The position numbers and the translations under genes are program-made. A DNA stretch of 56,681 bases, filler included, from Sphacelaria rigidula (lineage: Eukaryota): assembly GCA_964200075.2 (NCBI GenBank). It is 4 parts of 4 records of this genome, joined end to end, with 100 filler letters (N's around TTAATTAATTAA, not from the genome) between each part and the next. Parts side by side here need not be neighbours in the genome. Positions count along the whole stretch, not along the records: positions 28,396 to 42,490 come from CAXNAA020002462.1; positions 42,591 to 56,681 come from CAXNAA020002463.1; 2 more parts are not named here. One strand, written 5' to 3'. This document shows, in pieces, positions 34,501 to 45,711 of the stretch; the stretch's first letter is position 1, and each line of letters opens with the position of its first letter. The notes beneath the pieces were generated by a model that saw only the letters and a list, made by a program, of their open reading frames with translations, was not told the origin of the DNA and did no database searches.

Positions 34501-35199
34501 CCCGCAGGCTTCACCTTCTCCAGCGGACCCGTGCACTGGTCTACACTCTTACTGACACTGCGCTCTACTTCGGCGCCTTTTTCTTCTTGCCCATTGATAA
34601 GGCGCATTTCAGCATCTGATATGAGAAGTTGTGAGAGAACATTTCAGCCCCACCGTTTTCCGTACCCCAACCTGCGGGCTTGTCCAATGTGCTCCAAGTC
34701 ACCTGAAGCTTGGGCAGTTGCGACTGAAACCTGTACGTTGCACCCTTCCTGCCCGCCTCTGCCGTCGCGGCCGCTGCGCCGCTGTCACCTGATCCGGCTA
34801 AACCTGCTGGTATATTTCGCACCAGAGAACAGAGAGAAGGTAAAGTAATTAAGACAAACACTAGCTTCTTGTTTGGACCTGTTGTGCTAGTGCCTGCTGC
34901 CAAGTGGCTCTTAGCTGCTATGCTGTAGCGTCCACAGCAAGTGGACCACCGCCTAGGGTGAAAACATCGCTCCTGACGTGCTAACAAGTAACAAGCAAAG
35001 CATTCAAGCCCGAGCTGGCGGCAGCAGCATATCCATTTTCCCGCCAATCCTCACCTACAGCTGTTTCTGTGGTTGAAGATTCATTATCCACGGCACCAAC
35101 ATCAACTGGGATGGAGGATGGTGACGGCACCTCGAGGAGTACAGCCGTTCTCGCCTCCGCTTCGGCCCCTCCCTCTGCTTCGGTCTGGTCGTTGGTCAT
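28512..35199 (-). CDS. Carnitine/choline O-acyltransferase family protein (YAT1-like), 5' portion, 9 exons; the 3' part lies off the contig
   Basis: Phase-consistent exons 35199-35055, 34803-34703, 32471-32373, 32023-31890, 31514-31291, 30570-30467, 30125-30076, 29766-29631, 29058-28924, 28562-28512 (ten segments including the tentative first one). Motifs: TYRFQSQLPKLQVPPLSDTLQSYL, SYIEEFWDDSYL..VVLNLNPFF, RAASLL, PLCMNQYRRLFG, HVVLLCRNQFY, VGALTTEVRDDWA, ALFVLCLD. Confidence 0.92.
28924..29058 (-). CDS. Carnitine acyltransferase exon VRDDWARAR...LFVLCLDHTSPSTPGQ
   Basis: Conserved motif; AAG acceptor, GT donor. Confidence 0.9.
29631..29766 (-). CDS. Carnitine acyltransferase exon VLHPDG...AVGALTTE
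   Basis: TTTAG acceptor; probable GC donor. Confidence 0.88.
30076..30125 (-). CDS. Carnitine acyltransferase exon DSQHVVLLCRNQFYFV
   Basis: Conserved motif; AG/GT bounded. Confidence 0.9.
30467..30570 (-). CDS. Carnitine acyltransferase exon DVWRNTPLCMNQYRRLFGAHRK...
   Basis: PLCMxQY motif; AG/GT bounded. Confidence 0.92.
31291..31514 (-). CDS. Carnitine acyltransferase exon PFFVFET...QAWRAASLLYSSLRFASAVRNEALPP
   Basis: Phase-consistent; AG/GT bounded. Confidence 0.88.
31577..31646 (-). mobile_element. ~70-bp 5'-truncated LINE 3' end with oligo(C) tail and 18-bp TSD
   Basis: CCGAGTGGGTGATGGGGG duplicated at 31559-31576 and 31647-31664; the body matches ~56622-56681. Confidence 0.85.
31890..32023 (-). 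CDS. Carnitine acyltransferase exon FKTGGQGDNLQRALLDY...SYIEEFWDDSYLAPNDSVVLNL
   Basis: Conserved motif; AG/GT bounded. Confidence 0.92.
32373..32471 (-). CDS. Carnitine acyltransferase exon VPPLSDTLQSYLKAVEPLL...
   Basis: N-terminal family signature; AG/GT bounded. Confidence 0.92.
32630..32865 (-). mobile_element. Retroposon 3'-end family B copy
   Basis: Similar to 36169-36400 and 14490-14536; ends ...CAAGATCACGAGTACA followed by a C-rich tract. Confidence 0.75.
33149..33950 (-). mobile_element. 5'-truncated LINE, 3' region with C-terminal CCHC knuckle remnant
   Basis: CPCGKAVESRTHIGAEC and LGDRWWPQT; 3' end matches 56365-56681. Confidence 0.8.
34703..34803 (-). CDS. Carnitine acyltransferase exon ...GATYRFQSQLPKLQ
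   Basis: Joins in frame to VPPL to give the LPxLxVPxL signature. Confidence 0.88.
35055..35199 (-). CDS. Probable first coding exon of the carnitine acyltransferase (MTNDQTEAEGG...)
   Basis: ATG at 35199; GTGAGG donor in the right phase. An acceptor at 35209 means further upstream exons are possible. Confidence 0.6.
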
Positions 35200-36168
35200 A
35201 CGGAGCGGCTGCGTTTGTAGCACACAGGCAACACCGAAAGAGAGCGTACGATATCAAGCTTTTCGGAACATGAAATAGTCGTCGCTGGTCGTTGATGCGT
35301 GCAGCCACCTCACGTGAAGGGGGGTTAGGCAAACTAGCATCCTTTCGGAATCCCCGCAACAACAGTGCGGACGTGCGCCACCGCATGTCTTCAGGGTGGA
35401 CCCACTTGTGTCCGCGTGCCGTTCGCACTGACCATGGAAACACCATCGAAGAGTGGGTGATGACATGATATGATGAAACAGTCACACAATGCAAAAAAAG
35501 AGTAAACGGGATGGATCGTTTCAACCCTTTGACAACCGTGGCCTAACAACAACTAAAAAGCCTATTCGAGGTTGGTCGTTAGCGGACATAGCCAACGTGA
35601 TGAAAAACCGCCAGGCAGCACTACGATCGGCGCCACAAAACACTTTGTATACATGTCCATCACTATACAGCACAGCCCGTAGGTGCAAGTAGTAGTACGT
35701 TTCCGCCCGCCACTTGCCGGCAGACATTTTCACGAATCATACAGCAAGGCAGCAGTTTGTGCACTACGCTTCACAGCCAGGGGTGGCTCCCGGAATGATT
35801 CGAGTGCAGCAGTAATGTGTGGTGGGATTACGTGGTCCACGGCAAGTAGCCTACCCGTGGTTACAGTGCCTATCGCTACTGCCATGTGCCAGCCACACAG
35901 GCCGGGATGGAATGACTGGGCGTTCAAAGCACGCTTCTCGTCGGTGAGGATGCATATATGAGGATGAATGAGGATGTAAACACATTGCACATATGCTCGC
36001 CGACGGATCCACCGCTTGATTGCCTTCCTCACTATAGAAGACAGCGAGTGGCCAAAAAATAGTCTCACGTGAGTCAAGGGTAGTTACTGGCAACCTTTGC
36101 AAAAATTGACGGCGGTCATGTCGCTCTCTGTGTATACTGCCCCTGCCGGCTGCTCAGGGTAGGGGGGG

Positions 36169-36400
36169 GTGTACTCATGATCTTGCATGCCGTAGTCAGA
36201 TGACCATTGACCTCGCATCCCTACAAAGCCGGGACGGAGAACGCCGGGTTTTCGCCGGACCAGGCTTGCAATCAATCACCAAGCGCGCAGCCCCGTCATG
36301 TGTTCGCCGCTTCGCATGAAGGGTGAGCTGTGCCCTGCTGAAATTGTTCGGCTCGAAGCGTACTGATTATCTTACATATGGATGACAGCCTCCAATGAGT
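36169..36400 (-). mobile_element. Retroposon 3'-end family B copy
   Basis: Similar to 32630-32865; followed by an oligo(C) tract in element orientation. Confidence 0.75.
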
Positions 36401-36404
36401 TCTC

Positions 36405-37410
36405 AGGTATCAGTCCATATCGATATATTGATGCATCAAAATACCTTTCATCATATCAGCTAGCTTTTCAAAAACCAACGTATCAAACAAATATAAATAT
36501 ATCTATACATCGTTATTTGCGATATATCGCAGTGATATGAAATGCTGTACAGGGTGAGATCATCGCCTACCTCGCCATTGTGCGCTTCTCTGCGTACGCT
36601 GTACGACATGCCGCCATTGTGCAGAAGGCTATACACTCCCACCTACTACTCTAGCCATTGATCGGGGATTTACTGAGCTTTGATTGATTGTCGCACATTA
36701 ACTGATCTCCAAGGGATGGATGTAGTCGTGGTCACAAGATAGGTGTACAAAAGTTGAGCAAAAACGAAAACTTTCGCTGAAGGGAACTCCACAAGGGAGA
36801 AGACAACGAAAGAACGAACGAATGCTTAACGGGGAAAATCGAGCAAAAACGAGAACAAACAAACAGAACAGAAAAAAATATATGCATCAGGTATCAGCCC
36901 ATAATGATGCATCGATATATCGATATAGCAATGTATCGAAATGTCACATATCATATCATAGCCCACGAGGTGGCGTGGTGCATGACGGGTCTTTGCTGTA
37001 TGCATAGGCACAGGGCCGCCGCGGGGTGCATGTGTGAACGATGATGCAGTCCATCATGAAAAGGTGACTCAGCCCCAGCAATAAGTTACCAATGACAGTA
37101 ACTGCATGACTAAATGGATACTTTTTTTCTACGTCACAACCCCAGTAGGGACCGACTAACGTTTGGCGACGTCTTGGTGCCACTCCAATCGTGCTTTGTC
37201 ACAAAAACTTCCCGTTACCCGACTTGCCTTCGTTCGTGCAGTTTCAGACAGGCCCGCAGCCGCGCGTGCCCGCGTGGGCCATACCACAATTCAACTCAGT
37301 TTGATGCCGTCATTTTCATATCGATGCATGATATCAGCACCTCATGGATCGGGTATAATATTTCGATATATCGGGTGATATTCCGATACATATCGACATA
37401 TCATATCAGG
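36405..37410. repeat. Three patches of ATCGATAT-rich repeat (36405-36546, 36888-36962, 37312-37410), probably MITE relics
   Basis: Dense GATATATCGATAT motifs; two patches start with CAGGTATCAG; a similar patch lies at 42715-42862. Confidence 0.5.
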
Positions 37411-37835
37411 TCGAGTTTTGAGCCTAAAGCACGTCCCTACTCTCTGCCCACGTAAAATGGTTCAGCCTCGGCCAAAAAGATGAGGATATTTTGTACTATG
37501 CCCTCTTCTTGTTCGCACATTGCTGGCCTTACGCTTGTTTCGGTCAGTAATTGCCAGAGCGTTGGTATAGAGTCGATGAATTTGGCCTCCCTTCACCAAC
37601 ACCACCGTATATTGAGCTTGAAGTCCATACTCGCACACGTGAATCGCACTTGTATTCTGTCAAACAGCACAATCTCGAAAGTAGGACCAGGCAACCGTCA
37701 CAGATGCCTCGATTGCAGAACGAGCTTTATGTTCAGACACTACATGCACGGTACGATCCACCGCACATGTGTAAACCGTCTGTTGTCTTCCACTCCACGT
37801 TCACGAGGATGTGCATGTGGTTGGTAGCGAGGTCC

Positions 37836-38230
37836 ATTGATTGATTGATTGATTGATTGATTGTCGCACTTGAACTGACCCCCCAGGGGTCCAGCCATGG
37901 TCTTATGATACCATCAAAACATAGTACCCGCTTACCAGCGAGAATCAAAGTTGTATGAAGGGGGCCCACGGACGGCGGGTGCCTTCTACCTTACCCAGGA
38001 CGGTGAATGTTCGGGCAGTAGATATTACTCAGTGGGGTGTCAAAGGACATGTAACACATCTCGTGGGTAGGAACTGGACGGGTCTTGCCGGAGTAAAAGA
38101 CTGGGTTGAGACGTGGATTAACAGACGGAGATGCGAAGGACCCCGCTACCCAAAAAAAGTGCGAAAATGACCCCGACAGGGATAAATAATGAGGAGATTC
38201 ATGGCGGACAGCCTTGGGCTTGCAAGTAGG
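37836..38230 (-). mobile_element. Retroposon-like element ending in a (CAAT)n tail
   Basis: (GATT)n at 37836-37863 abuts TCGCAC; a similar junction occurs at ~36681 and ~32512. The far boundary is approximate. Confidence 0.45.
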
Positions 38231-39154
38231 CGAGTTGAATATGGAGAGGTGTGCACTTACAGTTCAACAGTTCGTTCTAGGTCCGTTCTTCAAGATATGA
38301 CTACGCTTTACCTCTGAACGGTTTTCACCCGTCTCCGCCTGAAGGAACGGCAAACGGCAGTTCCATACTGAATGGTATTCGGCCCATGCCGTAAATTTTA
38401 TACTCCAACCATCACACGGTGTCGTGCCAGCGGGGCGAGTGGCCAATACCATCATGATCACTCCCAACAACAGCCAAACTGTATCTAAATGTAGTGCAGC
38501 CGTGCTGTGCAGTATCGGGACTGTGCCTAAGCCAAAATGCATGAAATAAGCCGTAGTACTGAGTTTTAGGGGTGTCCACTCTCCGAATTTGGAAAAGGAA
38601 ACCAACATCGTGATAGAAAAAAGGTTGTGCACATTTACATTTCCCCCCCGTCTTTGTCATCGTCTACACCTTGGACCACCAGGGTACGTCATCTGGGTCT
38701 TACAATCACTTTCGAAGTGAAATGATACTCATTCAGCAAATGAAGCACCTGGCGTTCAAGGGGTTAACAGCAGCCCTTAGGAGAGAATTAGGGCCTAAGA
38801 AATCAGGCTCATCCACCGGAGGACAATTTTTCGTCAATTGTAATGATTTTCGTGATTTTTCTGTTCAATATTGTTGAAGAAATTGATTAAGAAGCTCTGA
38901 AAACCGAAAAGCCTGGCGGGCTTCGCGATATTCACATACTGAATTTGCTTCTGCTCCTTGCCCGCTATGTCCTGATGACCTCGGATGCCGGCCACGCTCA
39001 CACACTTGTACGCACACGAGCGCATGGTAGCGATAGCCTGTAGCCAAAGTAGCAACATCATCTCACGCCTTGCCAAACTTGCCCAGGCTGCTGGTACGTA
39101 CTCGAGGCACTAGACACAAAACATGATCCCATTAATGTAATCATGGTAGATGGT

Positions 39155-39204
39155 CTATGTGGCGAATGTTAGCCCTATGTGGCGAATGTTAGCCCTATGT
39201 GGCG
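39155..39204. repeat. 20-bp tandem repeat x2.5
   Basis: CTATGTGGCGAATGTTAGCC repeated. Confidence 0.9.
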
Positions 39205-39654
39205 GTCTCCATGCCAAGGATCTGTGTACACAGCAGCTGATCGCGTCCGTCAACGCCTCGGCAATAAAGTACGGGATAACAGGCTGGGTGCCCCCGCCCC
39301 CCCTTCAAAAGCTCAAATTTTCCAGGGATCTACACGTCAAATAAATTTGAATGTTGCGTTCATCACGTTACAAAAAATAACGTTACGTTGACACGTGTAA
39401 CTTTCGAATGTAACGTTTCATTCTGTGCATATCGCGACTCATTCAGCAGTGTTGAAGGCGTTGTAACGTGTCGTTGAACGCGTGATGTTACCGTGTACGT
39501 GACGCTGACGGTAACCCGTCGGCAAGTCCTCATGTATAACAAAAACTCTATTAAAAAACGCGTTTTCTGATAACCCACTTCTTATGTGATCAGAAAACGC
39601 ATTTGAAATCCCGCCGCACGCCAACACACCCTCCAGCCCACGACAGCGTCCATG

Positions 39655-40262
39655 GGTGGCTTGGCTACCATCACCACTGCCGTCGCTGGTGCTCGCGGGT
39701 AGTCAGCGTGTTGCTTCATTGTCCTTCGCTCGCCAGTATCATTGCAGCTCTTTACCCCATGAGAACAGCACAGGGCAGGGTCGATGACGAGTGCTGTACA
39801 AACACCCTGTGTGCAGTTTGCACAGACAGTATTGTAGCTCCCATTTCAGGTCTGGGCATGCAGCGTGATGCGAACAGCACTCACGATGCAGTACAGACTG
39901 TCTACGCACCCAAGACTTGTAGAGACAGGACCGCACTGACCGTACACACAAGATCACAGTATAAGCAGTAGTGCTACTGCTGTAGTGTCTACAGGGCTTG
40001 GGAGCTTGGGCAGTCTATACTGTATTCGAGTGCTGTTTGCAACACGCTGCATGCACAGACCTGAATTGAGCTACATTACTGTGCAACCTACATACAGAGT
40101 GTCTGACAGCACTCGTCATGGACCCTGCCCTGTTTTGTTCTCATGGGGATAAGGGGTTAGGGGTAAGGGCCATCACGCTACTGGCGAGCGAAGGACAATA
40201 AAGCAAAACGCCGACTATCCGCGAGCACCAGTGACAGCAGTGATGATGCCAGCCAAGCCATC
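39655..40262. repeat. Long inverted repeat (~275-bp arms, ~55-bp loop) inside the hAT
   Basis: e.g. CCCCATGAGAACAGCACAGGGCAGGGTCGATGACGAGTGCTGT versus ACAGCACTCGTCATGGACCCTGCCCTGTTTTGTTCTCATGGGG. Confidence 0.9.
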
Positions 40263-40268
40263 ACTACA

Positions 40269-40568
40269 AACAAGGTTTTCGTGAGATTGAGAGTAGAGGA
40301 TACGATTGAGAGTGAAAAGCGGTCAATTAGTGAATTACCCATTTCAGTTCCGAAATGCCCCTTCACAAGGCCCAATATGCTTTCTGTAGTAGATTGTCAC
40401 TGAGGTCCTTGATATCCTTGAGTAGGATATCGACGTGTAGCTTTAAGCACACGCCAGTGATAGAGGGGAGAAAAAGCACACACGGAATGAATGATTGCCT
40501 GAGTTGAAGCGAATGAATGAAGCCACTCCCAATCAGCGCTCTACTCTCAATCTCACGAAAACTTTTAT
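40269..40568. mobile_element. Nested MITE with AACAAGGTTTTCGTGAGATTGAGAGTAGAG TIR
   Basis: Inverted copy CTCTACTCTCAATCTCACGAAAAC at ~40540-40562; the same terminus occurs at 46700 and inverted at 53868. Confidence 0.7.
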
Positions 40569-42490
40569 AGCCAATGCATACAATACAGTACTGCTGTGTG
40601 TACTCTTGTCCGTGCTTTCCTTTCAGTGAAGTACTAACGTGCAGTGAAAAGCACAACCGTCACTTCTACAGTCAGTTATTAGTACAGCAAGGCGGTACGT
40701 ATTGATCGTCTTGCGTCACGCAGCCCACCATGTATCGCTCAGGCAATGTATCACAGTACAGTAGTACAGACAGTAAGTACGGACCGTACACCACGACATG
40801 ACAGCAGAGTGCTGCCTGCGTCTATCTCGCGCGCCCCGGAATTCGAAATTATGCCTGCACACCTCCTAAAAAACGATGAGCACTGCGTTTCCAATTTTGA
40901 CAGTGCGTCGAATACGTAAGAAAGGCTACTTTGAAAAATTATATGGAAAATCGCGCTGTTGAGAAACGGCTTTTCTTACAACGTGTTTTTTAAACATTAG
41001 AAGTAGCCTTGAATGTGGTCAAGATTATTATGATGTTATGATTGTGACGTGTGGTGGGGAGAGCGCGAAATTTCTGCAATAGTACCGTACCTATACCATG
41101 GACACTCAAACTCACTCGTGTTTATTGAAGCACCATTTTCCAGGATTTGAAAGTTCATTGCAAACTTGAAGTTTCACCTCTGCATGTGACGTGTTCATGA
41201 TGTTTCATGTAACGTGTAACGTAGCATATAACGTTACGTGTAACATTCAACGTCTAATGCACGTGTAATGTGTGATAGACGTTACACCTTACATGAAACG
41301 TTTCATATCACGTGATTTGAACGTTTGGGTAACAAAACGTTCACGTTACGTTACGTATGTCACGTTGAAAAAATTAACGTTACGTTAACGTTTCATTTGA
41401 AATTTTAGCGTTATGTTCACGTCACGTTCATCACGTAAAAAAAAATAACGTTCACGATACGTTTCGGCCAAAACGTAACATGAACGTAACGTGTGACGCT
41501 GTGGCACGTGTAACGTGTAGATCCCTGAAATTTTCGATCTTGGAGCCTACGTGTCCAGAAATGTCCTCTCGACAGACCCTTAGGACATGTTCCATAGGTC
41601 ATGACCGGTCAATTGCAAAAGGTCACTTGGGATTAAAATCATGCCGCAAACGAAACAACGCGACAGAACTTCGACGCCCGTAAAAAATAACGGGACCGTC
41701 GAAGTGTACTTGACTTTATTTTGGTACACCGCTCGTGTCTAACAATAACTCTACGGCGCTGTGCTAACTTTCAACACGAAGAAGAGGCTGACGAATAGAA
41801 GAAGTTTATATCTTCCGTGCATCGCAGAGCAAAATTGTACACCGTAGGTGTGCTATGAGACCCAGAGAGCTTTGATTCACCAGCAAGAGCCATGCGGCAA
41901 AACCGCCGTGGCTACACTTATATGTTTCTTTAGGTGAGCGTTTTAATCGCACCTCCTATGCTCGAACAACCCGCACAAAGTTGGCGATATCTCTATCCAC
42001 ACGACACATACTGATACAAACCCAAACCTTCCTCCTACAGATAGCCAAGACACGTATCCGCCAGGGCACCGGTTCTCAACGTGATGCACATACCGTTGTC
42101 GCAAATGAAAAAGCAAGGATGAAGACGAACTCACGAGGAGATAAAATCATATTCTGGCGTGAGGCTACGAGCACAATCTTGACCCTTAATGATGGCTGTT
42201 AGTGTCGTACTACTTTTGTGTGTGGTGGCTGACGGTGTCCGTTAGACCCACTTTTATGGCAAGCACGAATCTTGATTTTTTCAAAATCGGGGGAACAAAA
42301 AATCGGGGAACGCATTGTATGGACACCGATTTGGACCAAATCGAGGCCGAAAAACTCGGGGGGTCACGATCTCGGAACGGTTCGAAAAAATCGGGGGAAA
42401 ACCGTTCCGAGATCGTGACCCCTCGAGTTTTTTTAGGTGACGTACGTGCATGGACGTACATTCCCAGAGTACGAGGCGTTTGATGTTTTT

Positions 42491-42590
42491 NNNNNNNNNN
42501 NNNNNNNNNNNNNNNNNNNNNNNNNNNNNNNNNNTTAATTAATTAANNNNNNNNNNNNNNNNNNNNNNNNNNNNNNNNNNNNNNNNNNNN
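42491..42590. other. Artificial contig spacer
   Basis: N44-TTAATTAATTAA-N44. Confidence 0.97.
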
Positions 42591-43009
42591 GGAGTAAGTG
42601 AGCTTAGAAAAGCTGTCTAGGGGATGTGGTATCTTGAGCGACCTACAATAGTGAGTGAGGGTGTCTGTGCCAGTGTACCGCTCGGTCTTGTACACTGCGG
42701 TCATACCAAAAGAGCCATATCGTACGTTCGTATCGAATATCGATATTCGATACGTATCGTGTCATTTTCGGAATATCGACAAAAATATCGATATCGGCGG
42801 TTGTGGTTCGATATTCTAAAACTATCTATCGAACTTTATTCTTGGTCCGATATGCAACACTGCCCACCGCACTTTTTCGATCGAAAAGTGATGGATGTAC
42901 TAAGACACGGGCTAATTCCAAATAAACGACGATGGTTGAAATAACGATCATATCGGAGTTTTCCTTTTCCACCGCACAATTTCGATCGAAAAATAATGTG
43001 CTAAGACAC

Positions 43010-43262
43010 CCCTTCGGACACGGCCTTAGCGCCACCCGTATGGCCGTAGACGAAACTTCGCGACGTCACCCTCTTCAGTTGTCGCTGGTGGTCAGTATGG
43101 TACCATGCACGGGAATATTGGATCGACATTGTCGACGGCATTTGCTGATGGATGAATTTTGGGTGATGAGCGTGAACCAGCCTGCATGACTTCACCGAGA
43201 TTCTAACCCACGCCTCAGCCATCAGAAGGTTTTGAGGTCACCAACTGAGCCACTGGGGCGAG
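43010..43262 (-). mobile_element. tRNA-derived SINE
   Basis: Minus strand GCCCCAGTGGCTCAGTTGG (A box) ... GTGGGTTAGAATCTC (B-box-like), with no valid cloverleaf. The 3' boundary is approximate. Confidence 0.6.
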
Positions 43263-43624
43263 GCGACCGTTTACAAGCATTTAAGGAGCTGTAGAACATG
43301 CCTCGGAATTGATGATGGACCCTGGCCTAAGAGGAACGATGTTGAGCACGTATTCATAGCTATTCTCGCCGGTAGTAGACAGACGCACACCACGACGACC
43401 CACATGACATTCCGCTACGAAAACATGCCTACGGTATGAACGTCTGCACAGGTGGCGTACTGTACTGTACTTCACGTTCGACATTGACTGGAAGACAATG
43501 ATCCCAAGGGGCACGCACTGTATGTAGTACATGGCCGTGCTGTATCCATCTCATGCTCGATACAAAACCAAGCTTCGACCGAGAATCTACACAAAACCAC
43601 TCACTGCACCATATACCGTCGCAC

Positions 43625-44339
43625 CTATCAGCACAGCAGAAGAATTTAAGTCGGTCTTGTTGCCTTTGGAGCATAGGCACCGCTCGCGGGATATCTTTGA
43701 GCAGTATTGACGAGCCATCACCTAGCCCGGCAAAGCTAACCTCGCCCGTGTAGCACCAGTTGCCACACCGAAACAAAACCTGGAGGCACGTATGATGTGA
43801 ACCGACACGTGACCAAGAGCTGACCGTGCCGTGTGCAACGTTGTGCGTGCTGTGAGTGAACACCACCTTCATGCCATGAGTATACTGATTGTAAGTCTTC
43901 TGTGCAGTGCAGAACATCAGTGCAAGGTGGCGTTGACTACTCGCATGTGCTGTCAAATCCCTCCTTAGCAAACGTAGCGTCCGTCTGTGGTGAGAGTGAG
44001 CTGCGTTGTCAGTCGTACGTGCACCTTCCGGGCTTGATTGCAATGACAGTTCAGGCTTGATGATAATTGTTGTTCGTACGCCATACACGATAACATCCCT
44101 ACCTGTCGATTGCTCCCCTGATCCTTGTCTGGGTCTTGTTTTCGGACAATGTAGGTCTGGCTGTATCCGCTCAGCAGGCGTGGTGAGTCCCCGAAATCCG
44201 GCGGGGTGCCGTTATTTTTTATTTCGTTCAGTGCTGAGCCTCCAGCCGTATCTTTGGCACCCCGATCACCATCACTGAGATCAGTAGAGGATAGATCATC
44301 ATCGCTTACGCCCAGCGACGCGTCTTCATCGTCACTCAT
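43625..44339 (-). CDS. Putative unknown protein, first two exons (44339-44103, 43779-43625)
   Basis: ATG plus acidic N-terminus MSDDEDASLGVSDDDLSS; CAG|GTAGG donor; next exon VLFRCGNWCYTGEVSFAG... is AG/GT bounded and in phase. No recognised domain. Confidence 0.45.
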
Positions 44340-44842
44340 GCTTTCACGTGGTCCAGTCACACAGCATACAGTCGCGGCAACACAGTGCAAGGGTGTTGTG
44401 ATGGTTGAGGTGGATACGTACTGCTCGTTTCAAAAAAGGGTTTCGGTGTCTTGGAACTCCTTTGATCGTCGTACGGTGTATAACACCCTCCCTTATTATT
44501 ATAGAAACACTTTGTTCTCGACACTCTCACCACCATTCCACGAAGGTCAACGTTTTTTTTGTCGAACAGTGACCTTCCCAACGATACAAACTTCCCGTCT
44601 TCATATTGCGAGAAAAAATAGCTTGAATATTCCATTCATGGGGTACTATACGCCGTAATATGCACTCCCACATTAACACGATTTTGACGCTGAACAGCAC
44701 CGGGGTTTCACCCACGGCTTTGCCTATTCCATGTGATGACTATAGCGTGTTGTACATGCGGGTGACTGAAGTACAGTGCAGACAGTACAGTGGCATGTAT
44801 CGCAAGCACAATCATACTGTAACGTACTGCAGTCTTTCCAGT

Positions 44843-44992
44843 ATGGACTTGGGGCCGCAAGAGCTGGAGGGTTGCAGAAGCACTGACAACAGCGCGAAAT
44901 GTGATGGCGGTAGAGGCCAGAATTTCTCTGACTTCATCGACGCGGTTGGATATGGCCCATTCCAAACAAGACTCGTGCTCCTGTGCGGCACG
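44843..44992 (+). CDS. MFS transporter (SV2/SVOP-like sugar-porter family), exon 1
   Basis: FSDFIDAVGYGPFQTRLVLLCGT matches the SVOP-type N-terminus; donor ACG|GTATGT. Confidence 0.85.
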
Positions 44993-45711
44993 GTATGTAT
45001 GATGAATGTGTGCATAAGCTACGAACTGGATTTGGATCCAACGAGATCGGATCAGAAGTGCCCGCGTTGTTGTGGTACAAGCGGCAGACCTGCTCCTGAG
45101 GTTTGATGCAGACAGTACGGCACTTGTAGTTCCAGCTTACCTCTGCTGATAACCCGGGAAGCGGGAAATATTCGCATTCCTCAATTCTTGACGGAACAAA
45201 TGAGTAGCGTTGGAAAAACGTGCAATCTCTTCCAAAGTTCGGCAGTCAACAGGGGTAGAGACAAGAGCCCATTGCCAAACTGGCAGCTAATGGGGGTGCA
45301 GATGCCTCTGCAAAGTGGTGGGTCTCTTGTGCAACAACTGATCATCCCACCACACCAAACCGAACAAGCCCGATCCATCACAAACCGGAACCCTGACCAT
45401 AATCCCACCGAATTGCAGTCCACAAACCCTCGGGCAGAGGGATGGGGGCACGCTTGGGACAGTCACAGTGCCAGAAATGATGACGTCATCATGACGTCAC
45501 CATGACATGGCTGTCTGTGTCCAGAGTCAATGAGGAGGGAGCGAAAGCGATATGTGCAATCGTCAGTCCGCGAGTTTCGGGAGTTTTTCCATGCTGCTTT
45601 CCGTGAGAGCGTTTCTCGGCACTTTTTTTTTCGATAAAAAAATGGGGCGGTGGAAATATTTGAGCGAAATTCGCTCATTTTCTCGAGTTGCGTCCAAGCG
45701 AATTTTCAAGC

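Larger units (their letters stand above)
39323..41527. mobile_element. Complete non-autonomous hAT element
   Basis: 15-bp perfect TIR CAGGGATCTACACGT / ACGTGTAGATCCCTG; 8-bp TSD AAATTTTC (39315-39322 and 41528-41535); ACGT-rich subterminal arrays; no transposase ORF. Confidence 0.93.

Noticed and set aside
35525..36080. piggyBac-like MITE (CCCTTTGAC...GTCAAGGG)
   Set aside because: Very short TIR and no intact TTAA flanks.
39155..39204. CRISPR-like repeat
   Set aside because: Adjacent tandem copies without spacers, in a eukaryotic context with no cas genes.
43070..43181. Third exon of the unknown minus-strand gene
   Set aside because: Phase-compatible, but lies directly within the apparent SINE body.
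43190..43260. tRNA gene
   Set aside because: A and B boxes are present, but there is no acceptor or anticodon stem pairing; better explained as a SINE head.
45477..45508. Tandem TGACGTCA (CRE-like) sites
   Set aside because: Intronic and adjacent to repeats; no evidence of regulatory function.
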